Positions 27,391-32,000 of a stretch of DNA of 32,000 nt are shown here, piece by piece (position 1 is the stretch's first letter; each line of letters begins with the position of its first letter). This DNA comes from Gemmata obscuriglobus (GTDB taxonomy: Bacteria > Planctomycetota > Planctomycetia > Gemmatales > Gemmataceae). Both the position numbers and the translations under genes were made by a program. The stretch is taken from NCBI RefSeq assembly GCF_008065095.1, contig NZ_CP042911.1, positions 2,850,001 through 2,882,000 on the forward strand, given 5' to 3'. The notes under the pieces were generated by a model. That model was not told where the DNA came from. It searched no databases and saw only the letters and a list, made by a program, of their open reading frames with translations.

Positions 27391-27982
27391 CACCCCCGTT
27401 CGCCTACCCGGCCCTGCCGCACGTCCGCCGCCGCGGGGGTACGCCGACCACGACGGCTACCGGCCGTGGCTCCGGGACGAGTTTGCGTCCCGGTGCGTGT
27501 ACTGCCCGCGGCGGGAGCAGTGGGGGCTGGTGAAGGGCACGTTCGCGGTCGATCACTTCGTCCCCGTAGCCGTCCGCCCCGACGTCGCCACCGACTACGA
27601 CAACCTCGTCTACGTGTGCGCGAGTTGCAACGCGGGGAAGGCGGCCCACGCGCTGCCCGACCCGTGCGAGGTGCTCTTGCGCGACGACGTGCGTGTGGCG
27701 GAGGACGGGGCGATCGAAGGCGACACGCCGGAGGCCCGGCGACTGATCCGCGTCCTCGGCCTCGACGACGCGGAGTACACCGAGTTCCGCTGCCTGTGGA
27801 TCGGCATCGTCGCCCTGGCGGCGAGACACGACCCGGAACTCTTCCGGCGACTGATGGGCTATCCGGCCGACCTGCCTGATCTCGGGGCGTTGAAGCCCCC
27901 GGGCGGGAACACCCGGCCCGGCGGCGTCGCCGCGTCGCACTTCGAGCGACGCGCACGGGGCGAACTGCCCGAGCCCTACTGA
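27387..27982 (+). CDS. HNH endonuclease (cassette gene D), apparently frameshifted near the 5' end
   Basis: The HNH core, in the frame of tracked ORF 27050..27982, reads RCVYCPRRE...FAVDHFVPVA...DYDNLVYVCASCNAGK. The only sensible start is ATG 27387, which overlaps the upstream stop but is in a different frame (MTPPFAYPALPHVRRRGG..., stop at 27533). The HNH frame has no start codon between 27389 and the first Cys. Confidence 0.65.
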
Positions 27983-28240
27983 GTGGAGTGTAAGGCCGGG
28001 AGCGACGTGGGTCCGATGTGCCCGAAGTGCCTGATCCGGCACCTCCTGAGTTGCGGGCAACTCGGCTGAGGGGCCAGATCGTCGTTCGCGGGGAACTGCT
28101 CACCGTCACGAACGCGATGCGGCGACGACTGGAGAGTGGTGCGTGACGCCCCGGCGGTCGCGGTTGCGGGGTACAGGCCAGAGACAGCAACCGCGGCACT
28201 GAGGCTACAGATACCCAACCCACCCCTGTGTACATGACCG

Positions 28241-29513
28241 CTACGGTTTTTCGGCCTTGAGCAGTCGGGCCGTGGCGACGTGACCTGTTCCGGTTCCACT
28301 GTCCCGCGGTGGCCGGGGCTTCTTCGGCCCCCGCGGGCTGGTCACGAAATCGGCCGGCCGCACATGCCCGGCCAGCACGATCAATACCTTCGCCATCCGG
28401 GCTCGACCGCCGTCCCGTGGGCCGCCCGGATGCCGGCCTTGATGCCGGCCAGCACGTTGTACGAGCACAGGGCGACGGCGAACGCGAACAGGGACGCTCG
28501 AGGGTACCCGAGCCCGGCCACCTCACCGTGCAAGGCCGCGGCCAACTCGCCGAACGCGGCCTCGATCCCCCACCGCCCCCGGTACAGTTCGGCCACCCGA
28601 GCCGCCGGCACGCTCGCCGGCAGGTTGGTCTCGCCGGCAGGTTGGTCAGGATGCGGATCTCCCGGTCGCCGTCCCGGGTCGGCGTGTCGAGGGCCACCGT
28701 CACCCGGCGGACCGTCAACTCCCCGCCGGCCCCATCCGACACCCGCACCGCCTCCTCGAACACGGTCCCGGTGTCGGTACGCCCGGCGGCCGTCCGCTCC
28801 CCGACGCCGAGTTCGGTCGGGGTGAGCCCGTGCTGGCGGACGACGAAGCACCCGCACCGACCGGCCGTGCCGACTAGCAGCCGGGTGGTGCAGAAGTTGC
28901 GGTCCCCGACCCACACCGTGGCCGGCTCGGCCCACCCCAGGATGGCCGGGGTGAGGGACCGCTCCTGGGCGTGGGCGTCCTCGCACGGGATGGCGTCGAG
29001 GACCAGCCCGCTCGCCGGCTCGAACAGTACCACCGCCTGACCCGGCAGAGCTCCGGCCCGGGTCCGCCGGAGCGGGCGGAGGCGGTGCTCGGTTCCCGGC
29101 AGGTGGCTCCCGTCGATGACCCGCACACGGTACCCCGGCACCGGCTCCTCGGCGGCCGGGCCGAGGGCCGCGACGACCGGTCCGAGTCGGGCGGCGGTGT
29201 GCCGCACCAAGGCGGCCCCCAGACCTGGCTCGGTGCGGGCAACCTTGGCGTACACCGCCTTGCGGGTCACCCCGAGTTCGGTCGCCCGCTTGCGGATGGC
29301 GGCGTTGAGCGACGGCTGGACGCGGCAGACGACCAACCCCATCAGATCGACCAACTGGGAGAAGAGCAACTCGCGGGTGTACTGCCGCTCGGCGTGCTCG
29401 GCGAACAACTCGTCCACGGCCTCAGCCGGAAGGGCGTGCTCGAACGCCGCTCGGGCCATGACGCTGACCGGGGACTCGGCCGCGAACCGATCGAACACCT
29501 CACCGAAGAGCAT
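28241..29513 (-). pseudogene. IS4-like DDE transposase, disrupted by at least two frame changes
   Basis: The N-terminal about 290 aa (start of tracked ORF 25503..29513) read AEHAERQYTRELLFSQLVDLM, VIDGSHL, VWVGDRNFCT, FVVRQH and REIRILTNLPA. The Y-R-E motif YRGRWGIEAAF continues in the frame of ORF 28381..28986. The basic tail (KKPRPPRDSGTGTGHVATARLL) is in the frame of ORF 28241..28468. Confidence 0.8.
28613..28646. repeat. perfect 17-bp tandem duplication inside the transposase pseudogene
   Basis: ctcgccggcaggttggt occurs at 28613-28629 and is repeated exactly at 28630-28646. Deleting one copy joins ...ILTNLPA to SVPAARVAELYRGRWGIEAAF in frame. Confidence 0.95.
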
Positions 29514-29766
29514 GGCCGTCCATCCGTGCGGGGCAGAACTCCAATCGTCACCAACAGGTTACGACCGCCCACGTCATGTACACAGGGATGAGATACTCAA
29601 CCCTCACCCGGGACGGGGGCTGGCTCACCTCCACTTCGACCGTCCAGAGTGGTCAACCCGGGGCAGCCGACTCCCTTGCCACGGCTGGCCGTTTTGGCCG
29701 TTCATGAGCTTCGAGCTGACGCAGGGCGAGCCGAGGCTCGCCGGCGGTAGTTGGTGTCGATGGCCG

Positions 29767-30204
29767 TCACCCGGCGGCCTTCTTCCTGGATCTCGTACCG
29801 GGTTTCGCGGCAGGGGCTGGCTGCGGCCGCCCGGCCGGGATGCCGAGGGCCGGGAGCACCCGGTGCACGACGTCCCGCAGAACGGGGTCGTCTTCCAGCA
29901 GGAGTGCGTGCAGGCCCAGGTAGTCGTCGGCGGACGACAGCTGGCCGATCCGGCCGATGAGCGTCAGGGCGCGGAGGCGGTGGGGCCGGCGGTTCTTGCG
30001 GTCGACGGCGACCTGCACCAGTCGCGGAACCGGCTTGGTGCCGAACTGCACGAGGAACTCCGCGGCGGCCTCGTTCAGGAGCGGGTCGCTCACCCGGAGG
30101 GCGTGGAACAGGATCTTCAGCAGCAGTTGCGGAGGCGTGCTCGTCGCGGTGCCGGACTCGGCCGGCGCTCCGTCCGGCGGGGCGGCGGTGGGTTGCTCGG
30201 TCAC
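29767..30204 (-). CDS. hypothetical protein, HEAT/armadillo-like helical repeat (tentative)
   Basis: GTG 30204 is preceded by AAAGGAG 7 nt upstream. Third-codon positions are strongly GC-rich. PVPRLVQVAVDRKNRRPHRLRALTLIGRIG resembles a HEAT-like helical hairpin. Confidence 0.6.
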   Translation of the reverse strand: MTEQPTAAPPDGAPAESGTATSTPPQLLLKILFHALRVSDPLLNEAAAEFLVQFGTKPVPRLVQVAVDRKNRRPHRLRALTLIGRIGQLSSADDYLGLHALLLEDDPVLRDVVHRVLPALGIPAGRPQPAPAAKPGTRSRKKAAG

Positions 30205-30358
30205 GTCGGACTCCTTTCCGTACGGGTGGTCACGTCCGCACCGTCACCAGACCGGCTGTGGCATCCGCAGCGAGGAACACCGACGCCGTACTGAAGAAGA
30301 CGAAGCTGCCGCCGAACTCATCGGCTCTTTGCCCGACACAAGCCGTCGGAAGGAGTCG

Positions 30359-30835
30359 GTGGCGAAGAAAGAGTACCTGAGCCTCCGGATGAAGGCCCGC
30401 GAGTTGGGCCTCTGCACGGCCGGAGCAGCCGACGAACTCCGAGAACGACTCGCCGCGCACTACCGCGTTAGACTCATACTGCCGGACCTGCCGGATGAAC
30501 CGCACTGCGAGCGCGGGGCCGAACACGAACCCCTCGTTGAGCAGGAGAGAGGGGCTCTACGTTCTTTCGAGGTTCCGGCACGAATCCACCAACGGCTCGC
30601 ACCAACGCCACAACCAAAGAGTCTGGCACAACGCGACGCCGAGCGCTTCATCACCATCTGGTACGAGAGCAGCACCGCCGCGGAGGCCGCACGGAAGCTC
30701 AACAACCGGTCGGTTCGGTCGATCGCCTCGTTCGCCGAGCACTTGCGGCAACTGGGCGTTCCACTAAAGAAGATGCCCGCGAGGCCAGGGCCACTTGTCC
30801 GGGGCGCCCTCGCCCTCACCCCATCGGCGAACTGA
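30359..30835 (+). CDS. hypothetical protein with SAP-like N-terminal motif (tentative)
   Basis: GTG 30359 follows GGAAGGAG (alternative ATG at 30386). YLSLRMKARELGLCTAGAADELRERLAAHY resembles a SAP helix-extension-helix. The C-terminal AAEAARKLNNRSVRSIASFAEHLRQLG is HTH-like. GC3 is lower than in core genes. Confidence 0.45.
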   Translation: MAKKEYLSLRMKARELGLCTAGAADELRERLAAHYRVRLILPDLPDEPHCERGAEHEPLVEQERGALRSFEVPARIHQRLAPTPQPKSLAQRDAERFITIWYESSTAAEAARKLNNRSVRSIASFAEHLRQLGVPLKKMPARPGPLVRGALALTPSAN

Positions 30836-31235
30836 GGGTTGAGAATGACGCAGTGACGAACTCCAGTTGCATCTTCTCACGGTCGTACCGGAAGCCCAGG
30901 TGCAACGTACCCGAGGCCGTCGATACACGGCCCAAATGAGTCACATTGCCGGACATAAGTTGGTAACCATCTGCGCCGTTTCGGACCGCCTTCACGCGGT
31001 AACCGGTGCCGAGCTCCGCGCTGTGCCGCAGGAGAAAGTCAGCGGCGGCGGCGTGGTTCGTAAGGAGGGGGTCAGATACCAGGGCCTCGCGGTCCTGCCG
31101 TGCTGAGGCCGCCGCAATACGCTCGGTGACCGCCTGCACCTCCTCGTAGCCGGCGGTCCGCCACCGGTAGTAAATGGCCGCAGTCACAACGCCCAGGCAG
31201 ATGAGCGCGAAGGCCCCGATGACGCGAACCCGCAT
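30816..31235 (-). CDS. hypothetical membrane-anchored protein
   Basis: From ATG 31235 it reads MRVRVIGAFALICLGVVTAAIYYRW (single N-terminal helix), then a soluble domain of about 110 aa. Its 3' end overlaps the convergent gene by 20 nt. Confidence 0.5.
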   Translation of the reverse strand: MRVRVIGAFALICLGVVTAAIYYRWRTAGYEEVQAVTERIAAASARQDREALVSDPLLTNHAAAADFLLRHSAELGTGYRVKAVRNGADGYQLMSGNVTHLGRVSTASGTLHLGFRYDREKMQLEFVTASFSTLSSPMG

Positions 31236-31500
31236 GGCACTCGTCCTCGTGACGTTTAGCGCGATTGGGATTGAGACGGAGGGCACCGGGTACACCTCGA
31301 CGATGCTCCCGTAATCACCAAGCACCTTCGACTTCGAGCCGGCTTAGTCCGGCTCATGTTCGTTTCGGACCTTCGCTGGCGCCGCTGGCGAGTCCGTGTA
31401 CGAGTTGCACCTGGAGGAGCGGCTAAGGCAGTAGCGGGAAGTTGATCTACCAGGGTCCTCGGGAACCTGTTACAAGGTATGCCTCGCAACGGAGGCGTCG

Positions 31501-32000
31501 ATGGCGGAACTCACGGACGACTTGCGCCGGACTATCCTGTTGGGCGCAACGCTCCTCACCGGTCATAAGCGGCGCCGGTTCCAAGCCGAGATGGCGAACA
31601 CGTACTGCGGCGGGTCCGCTCGTCGCGCCGAGACCACGTTCGGTTGGGGCCGGGAAGCGGTTCACACCGGGTTGAACGAACTCCGCTCGGGGATCCGGTG
31701 CCTGGAGGCGTTCGAGTCCCGCGGCCGCACGCCCACCGAGGATTTGTACCCCGCGGTGGAGGAGCACATCCGGCGGTTGGTCGATCCACACGCCCAGGCC
31801 GATCCCACGTTCCAGACCCCGTTCGCGTACACGCGGATCACCGCCAAGGCCGTCCGCGAGGCGCTGCTGGCCGTCCCCGAACTGGCCGGCCAGGTGCCGA
31901 CCCGCCAAACGGTCGGTGACATCCTCAACCGCCTCGGCTATAAGCTGCGCCGGGTGCTCAAGGCGCGGCCGCAAAAAAGGTCCCCCAGACCGACGCCATC
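31501..32000 (+). CDS. ISAzo13-family ('Rhodopirellula-type') transposase, N-terminal part; continues beyond the window
   Basis: Absent from the ORF track (no stop in the window). ATG 31501 follows a GGAGG RBS. LTGHKRRRFQAEMANTYCGGSARRAETTFGWGREAVHTGLNELRSGIRCLEAFESRGR...DPTFQTPFAYTRITAKAVREAL...ILNRLGYKLRRV matches the N-terminal region of this family as I recall it. Confidence 0.8.
   Translation, partial: MAELTDDLRRTILLGATLLTGHKRRRFQAEMANTYCGGSARRAETTFGWGREAVHTGLNELRSGIRCLEAFESRGRTPTEDLYPAVEEHIRRLVDPHAQADPTFQTPFAYTRITAKAVREALLAVPELAGQVPTRQTVGDILNRLGYKLRRVLKARPQKRSPRPTP

Larger units (their letters stand above)
28222..29591 (-). mobile_element. decayed IS4-like insertion sequence
   Basis: 15-bp perfect inverted repeats ccctgtgtacatgac (28224-28238) and gtcatgtacacaggg (29573-29587) bracket a disrupted transposase. 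Near-identical 12-nt direct repeats gatacccaaccc (28210-28221) and gatactcaaccc (29592-29603) lie 2-4 nt outside them and may be a diverged target duplication. Confidence 0.7.

Noticed and set aside
27050-27982. Intact 310-aa HNH ORF starting at ATG 27050
   Set aside because: Its first roughly 110 codons overlap gene C out of frame and are Arg/Pro/Ser/Thr-rich nonsense. The HNH homology begins only around 27430, so a frameshifted gene starting at 27387 is the more parsimonious reading.
28005-28150. Small Cys-rich ORF (MCPKCLIRHLLSCGQLG) and a following protein-like frame after the HNH gene
   Set aside because: It has only 17 codons before a stop, no RBS, and the continuation is in another frame. 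It may be a fragment of a disrupted gene, but there is too little to support a feature.
25503-29513. 1336-aa minus-strand ORF, the longest in the track
   Set aside because: Only its first roughly 290 codons (29513 down to about 28640) look like protein (IS4-like transposase). The rest is Arg/Pro/Gly/Ala-rich read-through that runs antisense across the IS boundary, the HNH gene, the DUF4365-like genes and into the neighbouring IS. This is a high-GC open-frame artefact.
24071-29591. Composite transposon formed by the two IS4-type elements flanking the nuclease cassette
   Set aside because: The two elements have unrelated terminal repeats and clearly different transposases, and one is decayed. 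The left IS has its own intact 9-bp target duplication. They are therefore independent insertions, not a mobilising pair.

Overview
High-GC (visually about two-thirds G+C) bacterial chromosomal window. The gene content (PSCyt/DUF1549/DUF1553 next to DUF1501, a DUF1588-type cytochrome-c-motif protein, a 'Rhodopirellula-type' ISAzo13 transposase) points to Planctomycetota, probably Gemmata-like; this is inference from family recognition. No searches were possible.

Bases 1-21900 look like ordinary core chromosome:
- a DUF1501/DUF1553 pair, an MmgE/PrpD-family protein and an NAD-dependent epimerase
- a coiled-coil membrane protein and a solitary beta-class DNA methyltransferase
- a Wzm/Wzt-like ABC-2 exporter with a GT4 glycosyltransferase, and a second GT4
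- a CPBP protease, a DUF4139-like protein, a secreted ABM-fold protein and recN

Convergent gene ends in this part carry unusually long AT-richer palindromes, including a perfect 49-bp inverted repeat.

From about 21900 to the window end the character changes to an IS-riddled accessory region containing:
- a decayed N-terminal remnant of a DUF1156-type methylase
- an intact ISAs1-family IS with a 10-bp target duplication
- an AT-rich tract holding the 3' half of a tRNA-Pro(CGG) with its own terminator, which looks like an integration or rearrangement scar
- an intact IS4-family IS with a 9-bp target duplication
- a compact four-gene same-strand cassette: a DUF4365-like PD-(D/E)xK protein, a possibly degenerate paralogue, a small antitoxin-like protein and an HNH endonuclease
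- a decayed IS4-like element whose transposase is broken by a 17-bp tandem duplication
- three small orphan genes
- the 5' part of an ISAzo13-family transposase with an A6G slippery run at the window edge

The four-gene nuclease cassette at 25950-27982 is my best candidate for an undescribed defence or toxin-antitoxin-like module, although its HNH gene appears frameshifted in this copy.

Many long ORFs in the six-frame track are antisense or read-through artefacts of the high GC content and were rejected. All family names come from motif recognition by eye and need HMM or BLAST confirmation.
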